The notes beneath the pieces are model-generated. The model made no database searches. It was not told where the DNA came from and worked only from the letters and a program-made list of their open reading frames with translations. A program made the translations under genes and the position numbers. 64,000 nt of DNA from Albugo candida (lineage: Eukaryota), in assembly GCA_040437565.1 (NCBI GenBank), contig JBDOQK010000011.1, forward strand, positions 62,001 through 126,000. Direction: 5' to 3'. Of the stretch, positions 25,492 through 38,014 are shown one piece after another (the stretch's first letter is position 1; the number at the start of each line of letters is the position of its first letter).

Positions 25492-26763
25492 AATCTAAGC
25501 GAGAAGGAAGTGAATATAACAATTTCCTTTCTAATCCCCGCAAATTGTAAAATTCTCGGTATCCTTGGTAAAGACTCATTCCATGACTTGTGATTTCTGA
25601 GATCACAGTATTCCATCAAACACTACGTCCAAACCCGTATTTATTGATACAGACCCAACGGTAACTCTGAAGGGAAATGACGGGACATTTCATATCCTCG
25701 GTAACATTGAACAGGATATAGCACAAGATACGATGGCGATTTACGAGAAAAAACGGTACTCACAAGCTTTTTGGACTGGATTTGATGTCCTTGAACGCGA
25801 TGCTTACTAGATACGCTCACCTTACTGACGTGTTTGATGACGCAGAGGTACTAATGGACTAGACAGTATGTGAATCCAGGTACCACGATTTTTTGTCCCG
25901 AGCTTGGCTCAGGAAACTTTGAGCTAGTATCCTGCATTTTGGCAGAATCACGATATCAAGAGCGATACATATGCTTGACTTCAGATAAAGATACGCGACC
26001 CAATCTTCATTGAGGCGCTTTGTTGTTCTTTTCTCGCAAATATTCAGCGCATCGCCTGCCATTGCTAAGCTTTGTGATTCTTTAATCTATGCACGTGACA
26101 AAAGTGCGGAGCTTTTTCTAATTCAAGTGAAGACGAAAGAGGAAGCAACAGCTAGAGACCATACTGGTGATCCCAACGATGGGAAAAAAAGTCTACGGGC
26201 TTGCAACCGGTAGCCCAAACAGTCTTTCTATTTGATGAAGCCAAAGTAATACTACATGTGCTTTGTTTCGAGAGCTTCAGGCCATTCTTCATCAACCGTG
26301 TATTTAATAAAAAGCTGAAAACTTTTGCATCTGAGCATGAGAATGTGGAGGCAAATATGACCACTGCAATAACAAGCCAGACTCCTAATATGCCACATGA
26401 CGGTATATGCACAGCACTAGATTCAAATGATCCTGTGAAAAGTCGACTGTACTTGAGTGAAGCAGAAATATGTTGGTCCTGAGATGCATGCTCAACTAGT
26501 GTTGGCGTGTACTTCCTCTCGACCAGACGGTGTTGTCCAAAGAAATAAAAAATCCGCGTACACGCGACTTTGTTCCCCTTGATGCAGCAATATTTGTGCT
26601 TATAAACAGCTTGATCAGCTATGACGCTGATGATAAGTCTTCATCACTGTCAGCTCCTGGGTACTTGGCCATCTAATTCGCTGCGGATTGAGTCTCAGAT
26701 CAACGAACCACAAGCATTTTATGCAAAAGTATGGTACAAACCGGTATTTCAGGTATATAAATA

Positions 26764-29700
26764 ATGGTTGCGGCTGAAAATTCTTCATCTGCAACTGATC
26801 CACTAAAGATTGCTGAGAATGGAAAAGAAAACACGCTACCAAGTCTGGATGAAAAACATTTTTTTCGTCGACTAGGAAACTTATATCGTTCTTGGAGGGT
26901 ACAATACGTTTTCTTTTATTATCCTTTTGAATCAGATTTTGGTGCATAGGAACATAGAAATACTAATGGATGGAACGCGGTCGATTCATTTTGCATTTTG
27001 ACCGGGCGTGCACAGCCGGAAGACTCAGGATATCGAAAATCCGCAATTGTACAAATCTACTTGCTCGGGTATCTCGAGTTTCCCGAGACACTCATGATAT
27101 TTTTGCCGAAGAAAGTCATTGTGATGACAGGCGGAAAAAAGTGTATGCCAAGACGAATCATAGATACTCTAACTTGCAATCATAACTTTTCTGTGAATTG
27201 CAACTGCTAGATACTATGTTGGAGTCAGTTCTTGGTGGAAATGAAACTTCCGAAATCAAATTGGAACTTTTCAAGCGTAATCGAAAAGACAATAAGGCTG
27301 AAAATTATCAACAAATCATAAATGCGTTGCAAGATGCCGGATCGAAAGTTGGCCTTTTGAAGAAAGAAGATCCAAAAGGGGAATTTGTTACGTCCTTTTT
27401 GAGTCTGATGGAGCAATCGAATTTGGAAACTTTTGATGTTTCGAGGGGCATAGAACTGGCTCTTACGACCAAAGAACCCGACGAGCTTGTACGTAAACCT
27501 ATACTATTAGATGACTCCTCAATGACATATTCACGGCTCCGTAGGAAAATATCCGGTGGGCGAGTGCCTTGAGCAGCAAAATCTACAAACTCAAATTCAT
27601 GGAAGACATGGAGCTCATCATCGACGAAGAAAAAACGGTTAGTCAAGAAAAGATGGCGAATGATATAGAAGATGTGTTTGAGGATCCTACGAAAATCAAA
27701 GTTTCGATTGATCCTGTTGACATCGAGTCTTGCTATCCACCGATAATTCAATCCGGCGGCAAATACGACTTACGACCGAGTGCAATGAGTACCTCAGAGC
27801 CATTGAAATACGATGTTATCATCTGCTCCTAGGAGCAGATACAAAGGCTATTGCTCAAATGTAGGCCGTACGTTTTTCATTGATCCAAGCAGCTCAATGG
27901 AAAAGTCTTATGAACTATTACGTGAAGCACATGACATGTGTGCACGTGAACTTCGTCCAGGTGTTATTATCAGCAAAGTTATCGACAAAGTACGACGCTT
28001 CATACAGAATCGGAACTCTGCTCTTTGTTCCCGTCTGACAAAGAATTTGGGATTTGGTATCGGATTAGAATTTCGCGAATCGTGCAACCTTTTGAATTCG
28101 AAAAATACAGCAACAATCAAAGAAGGTATGGCATTCAATGTCGCTTTTGGATTTCAGGATATTCCTCTTTCGGAGTCTCAACGCAAGAGAAAAAAAATGG
28201 ACAGCTATTCAGTGTATCTGGCTGACACAGTCGTTGTTCTAAAGGAGGAAACCAAGTTTTATACAAAAGTATCCAAAGCTTGGAACAAAGTTCGGTATGA
28301 TATTGATGAAGCAACAGACAAAGAGGATGAAGACAAAACACGCAAGAAAAAGAAAGAGAAACGAAAAGACGGTAGTAGCACTATTGACACAGGAATTTCC
28401 GGGACACGAAATCAGATATTGCAATCTCGGCTTCGTGACCAACAGCGTCAACTTGAGGGTAAAGAAACTGAGCAAGAGAAGAGAGAACGTCATCAAGCAG
28501 AACTGATGCGTCGAAAAAGAGAGGAAGCAATGCGACGTCTGGAAGAGATGAATAATCAGACACCGGACGATAGAAAAAGGGAGAAAACTATCATGGCCTA
28601 TCCATCTCCTGCTCATTATCCATCAGATTTGAAAGATCGTCAAGTCATGGTCGACATGCGAGCGGAAGCCGTGATCCTCCCGATAAATGGTGTACCCGTC
28701 CCTTTCCACATTTCGACGATAAAAAATGTCAGCAAGTCCGAAGAAGATAAAGCAACATATCTTCGAATCAACTTTTACGTTCCAGGTACTTCTTTAAGTC
28801 GGGACCTCTTGCCAGCAATGCAAAATATCATTACAAATTTCCCCACCAAAATGTTTATTAAGGAGCTCGGCTTTCGATCAATGGATGCTCATAATTTGAA
28901 CAACCAATTTCGGCTGATCAAGGAACTACAAAAGCGTGTCAAACAGCGCGAACAGCAAGAGCAAGAAGAATCAGATCTAGTAACGCAGGAAGATTTGGTT
29001 CTTTCTCGCGATCGTCGTGTACCACGACTGATTGATCTGTCCGCACGACCTCATGTAACTGGACGTAAAACACATGGTACTCTCGAAGCTCATACCAACG
29101 GGCTTCGCTTTACCACAAACAAGAATCAAAAGCTAGACATTCTGTATGCAAATATCAAGCACGCTATATTCCAGCCATGCGACAAAGAGTTGGTTGTTTT
29201 GATCCATTTCCACCTAAAAAATCACATTATGATCGGAAAAAAGAAACAAAACGATGTTCAATTTTACACCGAAGTTATTGAAGGATCTCAGACACTAGAC
29301 AATCGCCGTCGCTCAATGTATGATCCGGATGAACTAGACGAAGAAAACCGCGAGCGAGCGTTACGCGAAAAGCTCAACACAACTTTCAAAGAATTTTGTC
29401 ATAAACTTGAAAGCGTCTCAGAGCGTTATGGAAAATCGGTGGTATTCGATATCCCGTATCGTGAGCTCGGATTTATGGGAACACCTTTCAAGGAGATGGT
29501 ATTGCTGCAGCCAACAGTTCATTGTCTTGTGAGCTTGACCGAAATGCCCTTCTTCATCATCTCACTCGATGAAGTTGAGCACGTTCATTTTGAACGTGTC
29601 ATGTTTTCCTCGAAGAATTTTGACGTAGTCTTTATCTTCAAAAATTTTGGAGTTGCTCCGATTCGGATCAGTGCGGTATCCACTAGTGAATTGGAACGCA

Positions 29701-30235
29701 TTAAGGAATGGCTGGATGACATCGACATTTGTTTCACATCAGGCACAGCAAATCTGAACTGGAAGAGTATCATGGCCACAATCAAAGCAGACAATCGGTT
29801 TTACTTGGACACTGACGAAGATGGGGTTCCGAAACCAGCAGGATGGGAATTTTTAAAGGTACATTTGCATTTTTGTCGTCATCTTATCATTGCTGAAATT
29901 TTATTTGTATGGTGTAGATGGAAGGATCAGATGATGATGATGACGACGACGAAGAAGATAACGACAGCAATTATTCCCAGCCAAGCGAAGATGTTGAAGA
30001 GTCAGGAAGTGAGTCAAGTGATTCGGATGAATCCGATTGGGCTTCCATCGTAGATGAAGACTCCTCTAGTGGGCAATCTGGAGACGACGATGAAGAAGCA
30101 CCAACGTGGGATGATTTGGAGAGAGAAGCCAAAGCAGCCGATAAATTCCGAGATAAAAGACTTCGTGGTGACGACGATGAAAATGAAGACGAAATGGATG
30201 CAAAAAAGAAGAAGAAAATCAGTCGCAATAGATAA
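26764..30235 (+). CDS. SPT16: FACT complex subunit SPT16 (multi-exon)
   Basis: LLGYLEFPET, YPPIIQSGGKYDLRPSA, RYKGYCSNVGRTF, VPFHISTIKNVS, GTLEAHTNGLRF, HFERV, LNWKSIM and an acidic tail. GT-AG introns include 26899-26949 and 29859-29917. Confidence 0.96.
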
Positions 30236-30528
30236 GTGTTAGAGCAGCGCAACCGACTTGAAGGGTTGGTTATATACCCTTANNNNNNNNNNNNNNNNNN
30301 NNNNNNNNNNNNNNNNNNNNNNNNNNNNNNNNNNNNNNNNNNNNNNNNNNNNNNNNNNNNNNNNNNNNNNNNNNNNNNNNNNAGCGCAACCGACTTGAAG
30401 GGTTGGTTATATACCCTTAACAAGATGTGATAAACCCGTAACAAACGCTTGACTGTTATCGAACAATGCGCGCATACTATACAAATCCTCTGACTTCTAT
30501 TTATGCTTGACGGTATAGATTTTACAGG

Positions 30529-31566
30529 ATGCAAATCGAGACGCTTGCATACGCTATAAGCGGTGCGTTTACTCTTTTATCAATATTACTCTCAGGATGG
30601 CTGATATGGACACATTTGTTGTACAACCCTTCCGCCGCTATACGCAAACACGTCATTCGGATTTTGATGATGGTACCCATCTACAGTCTCACGTCGTATT
30701 TAGCATTGGTCTTTAATGATCGCAAACTTTCTTTTGAGACTATCCGAGACTGTTATGAAGCATTTGCTTTGTACTCCTTTCATTGCTTTCTTGTGGAATT
30801 TCTTGGCGGTCAGTCCGTTTTAGCAAATACACTTCGATCGAAACCTCAAGTTATGCACACCACTCCATTTTGCTGTGTGAAACCATGGGCAATGGGCGGA
30901 AAGTTTGTACGCCTCACAACAATTGGTATTTTGCAATATATCCCGACCAAAATCCTCATGTCGATAGTCATACTATTTACGAGCGTGGCCGGTGCTTATG
31001 GAGAAGGACAATTTTTTAATCCTTTAGTTTCTTATGGTTATGTCACATTCATTTTGAATCTGTCGCAGTGTTGGGCTTTATATTGTCTTATTTTATTCTT
31101 TCTTGGAACGAAAGAGGAATTGGCACCAGTACGGCCATTTCCAAAGTTTCTTGCGATCAAGGCCGTTATTTTTTTTACGTATTGGCAGTCACTGACAATA
31201 AGTGCATTAGAAACACTCGGTATTATATCAGAAGATTGGGAAATTGGATGCCCAAACTGCTGGGATGCACAAAAGATTGCTTCTGCACTAAATGATTTCA
31301 TCATTTGTGTCGAGATGCTTATATTCGCAATAGCACATCATTACGCATTCGCTATCGAGGATTTTCTCCATTCGTCTTCCGTGATTGGCACAACTCCTTC
31401 TTCAAATGTCAAAGCACCTCTTCTAGCTAATTTTATGGATGCTATTAATGTGACCGATGTCTCCAAAGACCTGAAAAATTCACGTCATGAGATCTTAACC
31501 AAAAAGCAAGCATTAGCCGCCAAGTATGATCGTGTCAGCATGTCCCCGACGACGACGATGTGGTAG
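30529..31566 (+). CDS. TMEM184/OSTA (DUF300) family membrane protein
   Basis: IRILMMVPIYS, IRDCYEAFALYSF, KFLAIKAVIFFTYWQ and FIICVEM...AHHYAF; multiple hydrophobic helices. Confidence 0.92.
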   Translation: MQIETLAYAISGAFTLLSILLSGWLIWTHLLYNPSAAIRKHVIRILMMVPIYSLTSYLALVFNDRKLSFETIRDCYEAFALYSFHCFLVEFLGGQSVLANTLRSKPQVMHTTPFCCVKPWAMGGKFVRLTTIGILQYIPTKILMSIVILFTSVAGAYGEGQFFNPLVSYGYVTFILNLSQCWALYCLILFFLGTKEELAPVRPFPKFLAIKAVIFFTYWQSLTISALETLGIISEDWEIGCPNCWDAQKIASALNDFIICVEMLIFAIAHHYAFAIEDFLHSSSVIGTTPSSNVKAPLLANFMDAINVTDVSKDLKNSRHEILTKKQALAAKYDRVSMSPTTTMW

Positions 31567-31694
31567 TCTATGGAATCTTTTATCTGAATTGTAACGAAAA
31601 ACGCTAGCGTGTTGCGATGAATATTACCTAAGTATTACATTACACTGATCAAAGCAAATCAATCAACGCACAATCCTCTAAATTCTTGACGTTT

Positions 31695-34601
31695 TCATTC
31701 CGGCTTACCGAACGGTTCGTGCCTCGCTACTATCGGTCTTTTCTGGAATCGCAGTACTACCGGGCGCTTTGTTGCTCGTAACGTCGCCATGGAATAGTGG
31801 AATGTCATATCACCAATATTCATTGCACCGATCCAGGTGAGAGTGTCTCCAAGTGATACCTTTGACAGCATTGTACCTCCTGAATCCAAGTCGACTTTTG
31901 TGACACGCGGTAAATCACCATCTGCGCTGAATACCAGTCCCAAATTAGTGCTCTCGCGCCATAAAAGCTCATATTCACCATCTTGAAATGCTGGTCCACG
32001 TGGTAACGTTGCCTCGCTCACCAAGGCTTGCGAATTACGCCGGAAACGTAAGACAGCTGGTTTTGGTATTTTGGACAGATTCTCGAGAGTTTGCTTAAAT
32101 TTGGGTTGTGGAACGATAGGTACGTTGTTGGCTGCGAATAAAATATCACCGGGAGAAACATGCTCAATATTTCCCAAATTGCTTGTACCAGTGACTCGAG
32201 CAACAACAGGGAATCGTGTTGTTGGATGCACTCGTAATGTCAATCCTAAGGCTGTACCTTCTGGCCATACAACCTCGTACTCTTCTATAACAGAAGTTCC
32301 ATCGCTTCTCACAATTGTCTTGGGAGGTGCAGCCTCTATCTTTAGAGCTTGCGGTTGAGATATATTTGCCGAGGCAATGTTAGGAATCTTTATTGGTTGA
32401 GGTTGATTTTTCTTTGCGGGTGATATGCTGAGAATTTTTGAACTTTGAGCGGGCGTGCTTGGAAGAGGAGTACTATTGCATTTTATAAGTTGGGCATGCG
32501 TTGTAGTCGCACCGAGCGAGTTCGAACTTTTCAAATGCTGATCTGGGGTCAATGTTGAGGCTGTACTAATACAATCAGCATTAAATTTTTGCAAGCTTGG
32601 CGTGGTGTGACCGGTAATTGGTGCGACGGAAGTAGTAACAATTTTCTCGATATCAGGAACAGTGTGATTGATCGAGCTTCTACTCCGGGGTCCAGAATAA
32701 ATCTCGTCCTCAGCTTCGCGATTTGTTGTCTTTCGACCAAGGCTATGTTTATCCGAGTCAGCCAAAATGAGAGCTTCTCTTTTCTGCTCTGTGCGTGCAA
32801 TCACCGACGTATGTGTGTTGTTCTCTTTCGCAATTTGAATGGGTACTGCCGGCTTTCCTGGTATCAAGCGACCATTTATGCGGGGAGTTGCGGACTGTGT
32901 TTGTTCGTTTTGTGAACTGGGGGAATGCTGTACTACAGTCTCTTTGAATAACTCGGATCCTCGCCGAAATCGGATCACTAAAGGCCTTCGAGCACTACGT
33001 AATTTTAGCAACGCGACATGAAATGTCAGATTCTGCGTGCTATCTCCATTGATATATAAAATCCAATCACCCACTGCAAGCGTAGGGCTGATTCCAGGCA
33101 TCGGTTTTCCTTTTGGTTTTATGGATTTTGCATTACCGAGATCTGAAACGACCATCCTTCCGCATGCATCTGGCTTCACGGTGAATGAAAGTGCCTGCTT
33201 CTTTTCCCATACTTGATCATACTCATTTGGTCCCATTTCTGGCCGTACCGAAGCCATCTTCGAACTCGGGCAGAAATACAACGAGACTGGTTTAGAAACT
33301 TTTTGTAAATACTTGATGGCGGAATTGAAATTGCCGCTAGACGTATTATACATCCCAATCTGAACCAAAAAGTGACCAGGCTGGACATCTGAGATTTGCG
33401 AGGACCGATTTTTGCCAGTGATTCGTGTCACAAGAGGGTATGGCGCATCCTTACTTGCTATCAGACTGATTCCCAAAGGTCCATCGATCCACTTGACCTC
33501 ATACTTGAGCTCAAGTCGTACCACTGGAGCTGATGGCAGCCGTTCATTCTCTACACAAGACAGCTCATCCAGTTTCTCAGCCAGCTTGAGCGCTATGGGT
33601 GATGTAAGCTTCCGTTGAACTGGCCTGACCGCCATTGGGTCCGCTGTCAATCGTCGGAATGTTAGACTACATGGTTTTCTGCTTTCTTTCAATAATTTAA
33701 TGGCGTCGTTGAATTGTAAATCTCTGGTAGACTGAGTGCCAATCTGAATGAGTAAATCTCCAACATCGATCAAATGGATTCCAAATATGGAACTTCTTCC
33801 AGTGACTTTGGATACTGCAGGAATCATCCTCGATTGAGACATTCGCAAACGGAGTCCAAGTGAACCTTCCTCCCACACTAATGTACACATATTCCCATAT
33901 TGAGATGAAATCAACGAGCCTGATACAGATGCAAGCATATCTTGGGAAGAAAATCTCGGTCGAGGTATATTGTGTTGCTCCACTGAACTTTCATTGGGAT
34001 CCTTTGAAGGCCAAAATGGACTGTGATGTATATTATGGCTATTGTCATCATCATCGTCATCGTCCAAGCTGAGATCCATGGAATCCATGTCAATAAGATC
34101 AGAATCACGTGAGTCATCGTCAGACAATAGTTCTTCAGTACATTGTGTTTCGTCAAGTGTGTCATTTCTTCCATTACCCTGCGATCGACTCAACATATTG
34201 TCTAGTTGTAAGTCTTCAAGATCCATATCCAGCGATTCAATAATATCTGCCAAGCTGTCTCTACCTGAAGCCATATCGTTATCATCCTCCAACTCTTGAC
34301 CATTATAGCTTCCTCTTTCGGCTTGTATCGTACTATTGGGAATCATAATCAGATCATCAATCATGTCAAAAACGTTGTCCCCTAAATCTGGATCCACCTT
34401 ACTGATTGTAGATGATCCTGATTGCCTTTTTCCCATTTGTAAGCTCATTTCCATTTGCATTTGCATTTGTTTTTGTATCTGTTGATGTAAATAGAGCTGC
34501 CGAGTTAACATTTCTTCATTGCTCATACGTTGAGACGTTGGAAGTGATGGAACGGATTCTGAGTTCAATGGAAGCTGATTCTCATTATTGTTTGCATACA
34601 T
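31695..34601 (-). CDS. Multi-PDZ-domain protein (five PDZ-like repeats)
   Basis: 968-aa ORF with five repeats of roughly YxxxW..GxLGL...V.RVTG...GD.L..I...L.....KP..L.F.R; acidic and Q-rich N-terminus. Confidence 0.8.
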   Translation of the reverse strand: MYANNNENQLPLNSESVPSLPTSQRMSNEEMLTRQLYLHQQIQKQMQMQMEMSLQMGKRQSGSSTISKVDPDLGDNVFDMIDDLIMIPNSTIQAERGSYNGQELEDDNDMASGRDSLADIIESLDMDLEDLQLDNMLSRSQGNGRNDTLDETQCTEELLSDDDSRDSDLIDMDSMDLSLDDDDDDDNSHNIHHSPFWPSKDPNESSVEQHNIPRPRFSSQDMLASVSGSLISSQYGNMCTLVWEEGSLGLRLRMSQSRMIPAVSKVTGRSSIFGIHLIDVGDLLIQIGTQSTRDLQFNDAIKLLKESRKPCSLTFRRLTADPMAVRPVQRKLTSPIALKLAEKLDELSCVENERLPSAPVVRLELKYEVKWIDGPLGISLIASKDAPYPLVTRITGKNRSSQISDVQPGHFLVQIGMYNTSSGNFNSAIKYLQKVSKPVSLYFCPSSKMASVRPEMGPNEYDQVWEKKQALSFTVKPDACGRMVVSDLGNAKSIKPKGKPMPGISPTLAVGDWILYINGDSTQNLTFHVALLKLRSARRPLVIRFRRGSELFKETVVQHSPSSQNEQTQSATPRINGRLIPGKPAVPIQIAKENNTHTSVIARTEQKREALILADSDKHSLGRKTTNREAEDEIYSGPRSRSSINHTVPDIEKIVTTSVAPITGHTTPSLQKFNADCISTASTLTPDQHLKSSNSLGATTTHAQLIKCNSTPLPSTPAQSSKILSISPAKKNQPQPIKIPNIASANISQPQALKIEAAPPKTIVRSDGTSVIEEYEVVWPEGTALGLTLRVHPTTRFPVVARVTGTSNLGNIEHVSPGDILFAANNVPIVPQPKFKQTLENLSKIPKPAVLRFRRNSQALVSEATLPRGPAFQDGEYELLWRESTNLGLVFSADGDLPRVTKVDLDSGGTMLSKVSLGDTLTWIGAMNIGDMTFHYSMATLRATKRPVVLRFQKRPIVARHEPFGKPE

Positions 34602-35510
34602 AATCTGTTACTTATACTCCAACAAAGTGCTTCAGTAGAGTGCAGCCAATGTTTCGATAGTGGAGTTGATGACTTACAAATCGCGATTATAGTGGCACCT
34701 ATAGTGATAATAGCAATGCAGTGATTCTGCTCACAATCGATTGTCGATGATTTAACGATCGCCCAGTCCTTTTGACTGGATCAATTGTGTCAATTGTACC
34801 AGAGCACGAATTTATTGCGCTCGAGTTCCCTCTTTTGAACGTATTTATTTTCTTAGCCCTATTTTTTTACCCTATTTCCTGACTTTCTTATGCATAGATC
34901 CCTATCCTCATAAGTAATTAAACCCAATAAAAAAAAGCTCTTCCGCAAACGAGTAGATCTTTTCGCTCGAGTCATTTGTGTGTGTTAGAATATTCAAAAT
35001 GAAGACTAGCATAATCAATTGTCTGAAACAATTGCATGCTACGCATCATGAGAGACAATTATATGATCGTTATACTATTGTAGATAGAATCGTTGTGCTT
35101 GATCAAAATAACTTCTACAGACAGATATATGATATGTAACGACGTAGAGAATACATAGAACGTGCAATGGACGAGAAGAATTTGTCTCTGTTTCAGTGAT
35201 CCTGTCTTGATATTTTATCCTTTCAATACTGTGGTACTTACTTTTCTTATCTACTATCGTATAGTCACTGCTTGTATCGCTGATGCTCTTATTGGTTAAT
35301 ATCGAGCATATAGTACTGGATTCNNNNNNNNNNNNNNNNNNNNNNNNNNNNNNNNNNNNNNNNNNNNNNNNNNNNNNNNNNNNNNNNNNNNNNNNNNNNN
35401 NNNNNNNNNNNNNNNNNNNNNNNATTCCATACTTACGGTGGATTACTAATTGTAGCTAATCATGGTACCTTGCACAGCGCAAGAGGTATCTTGGCGACTT
35501 TCAATCCGCG

Positions 35511-37029
35511 ATGCAGAGCTTTTTTACGGTACACTATATTGCCTCTCCATGTTTTCTGATAGAGAGCCTTATTTATAGGGGAACATGTGGCTTTGGTTCT
35601 TACCGCAACAATGGGAAGGAAACCTGAGCAAAAGGGGTTCCACTCTGTGTCAAATCAGTCAGTCGTACAAGAGACTGACGAACCAGTTGGATTACTTCCT
35701 GGTTACTTGCGAAGGGTTATTGATTCCTTTGATGAGAGATTATTGACAATACAACTCGATATCAGTGAAAATGACGAGGGTTTGACTACCATCAATCAAC
35801 TCACTTCGAACATGAGGTTTTTCAGATTGCAAACATCGGATCTAGATGACAGCACATGGAAATTGGATTTTCGGTCGGTTTTTCAATTAAGAGTACCAGA
35901 CGCTTTCCTCGATCGGAAGCTTATTCTACGCGTTTTTTTCTCAAATACACCAGTCTCGCCATCAAGCGAATATCCATCCGACTTGGAAACGAGCCTTGAC
36001 TTGAATTCTTTCGACGATGATGAATTGACGAACAGCTCAGAAAAATATTCCGATCCGATCGAACGCACCTGCGATCATGACATTGTATGCGTTCAAGAAC
36101 TTTGCGTAGTTAGACCGCTGGCTACCTCATCAGAAGTGGTGATGCTCCAAGAGAATTGCCATGGAGTTGTGGTGTCGATCAAAAATGTGCACAAAGAAGC
36201 GCTTATCACACTGAAAGATATGCAGTTATGCTCAAAAATGCTGTCTACGCATTTAAATAGTACCCTTCCAAGCACACAGCAGAGCAGCGCTCAGCAAATT
36301 TGTCCTCCGATTTTAAACATACTTCCAGAAACACTTTACCCCAGAGAAACTTTTACAACGTGTTTTGTACTGGAAAAGAATGAAAGCAATGAGAAATTTT
36401 CTGCCTTATCAATCTCGTGGTCTACGATGATAAACTCCCGCTGTATCGATATTAGGGAGTGTATCTCTTGTTCAGCAAATCATCTGCCCGATCTATTTCC
36501 ATTCAAACGTGAAAAGCAACTCCCGCCGGTAAAAATGGAATCATTACTAAGCCACTTTCTGCACGATATCTCATCAACGAGGCAGCAACTTTTAGTCCAA
36601 AAAAATAGCGACATCCAACTAAAGGTGGCTTTGATCGATCATGCAAGGACTGAACTCAAAGTTGGGATGCAAGTGTCTATCTGTATTCAAGTGTCAAATG
36701 TATCCATGCAAACTTCATATGATCTATATGTACTACATGAAACCTTGATGCAGTCTGATCAGAATCCTTGTGCAAACACAGGCTGGTTAAGCTTTGAAGC
36801 TTCCCAGCGACTCGGGTGAGTTCCACATATTTATTGACGTGAGACTTACTTAGATATTGTTTGTTTGCGGGGCAGCACTTTAAATCCCGGGATGTTGGCT
36901 CGACGCTCTATTCGCATTGTATTGCTTCGAGTCGGCGTATATGATCTTCAAAAGTTCCTGATATATGATGTTCTGACACACAGTGTTCTTGATATACAAA
37001 TCAGCCCCTATGAAGTAGTCGTCACATGA
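35511..37029 (+). CDS. Hypothetical protein, possibly TRAPP subunit-like (TRAPPC13/14/Trs65-type Ig-like folds)
   Basis: 410-codon ORF plus intron 36816-36875, giving C-terminal LGTLNPGMLARRSIRIVLLRVGVYDLQKFLIYD. The start exon is uncertain and the family call rests on loose resemblance. Confidence 0.5.
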
Positions 37030-38014
37030 TGTCATCGCATTTCACTGGTTCATGAAAGCGCCTGGAATGCTACTTGATTATATTTATGCTATGCAGTACA
37101 AGATCACGTGGAATTTCCACTGTGGCGAAACTTGGTGTAAATCTCCCATGAATGATTGAAGGAAAACATCCGATAACTTCTACAGTATATCATTCTTAAC
37201 GCGCATCCGCGTGGCTTGGTTATGTCTTTCCAGACAAAGTCGCCAGCGCTTGCACCCGAGTTGTTGCCGATGGGTGATTCATATAGCATGGGCTTGATTC
37301 GTGCATCAACACATCAAATTCCTGGTAGCTGACAATCGATCTTACGCCTCCTCTCTCCACATATAAATCTCTACGTCATCGTGGTGATCGGTTGCACTCA
37401 ATCCTTTTAGGGGTCGGAGATCGGGCATTAACATGACGGTAATGGATGACCTCGTTGCTGATACATTCAAGAAAGATAGCTATGCTGTTCAGAGAGACAG
37501 AGGTTTTCTGCAGTCTGGACCAAAATCGCGCAGCATCAAAATTTGTTAAATACCATTTGCTCCACCCTATTCGCTTCAGGGATCTATTTTTGCAATGGAA
37601 TGCAAAGTCGATTAGATGAGAGCGTTCAGAAAGAGTTTGTTGTGCCTGCTTCTATCATACAAAAGATATCCTTGCAGTTGAGATGGTAGAGTATGTTGCA
37701 CCGTCACCCTTCAAGCAGTAAAATAGGCACAAAAGGATCGGGAATATAGGAGAAATCATTCAACTTAGCCAAGTTTCCAATTGATTTTCAATACCTCCGT
37801 ATGTAATCTCTGGTGGTCGTACTATGGGATGGAACGCCATAGCAAGCAGCTGTATATAAATGGCGGAACGCTTATTCTTGTCGCAAGCATAGTCATCTGA
37901 AAGCATCGAACTTAATCATGCAATTAAATACGGATCCAAATTCGTACAAAAACGCGCCATTTGAGTATTCGCGCGTTTTTCTTATTTCTTTTGGTAGAAA
38001 GAAAGCGACGTGAA

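Larger units (their letters stand above)
18163..25527 (-). mobile_element. FAR1-type Mutator-like element (MULE 3); coding relic ~18380-20000; right TIR split by Copia
   Basis: FAR1 DNA-binding domain (KCDRGG...CPF...W...HNH), LFFAHP...MDCTYK and a C-terminal RRCGKCR*MGHNRRSC knuckle. The left TIR (18163-18220) matches the inverted right units at 20407-20562 plus 25497-25527. Candidate TSD TTTATAA/TTTCTAA. Confidence 0.8.

Noticed and set aside
37100..37900. Possible small multi-exon gene on the minus strand
   Set aside because: Only short frames with plausible splice sites; no consistent model or recognisable motif.
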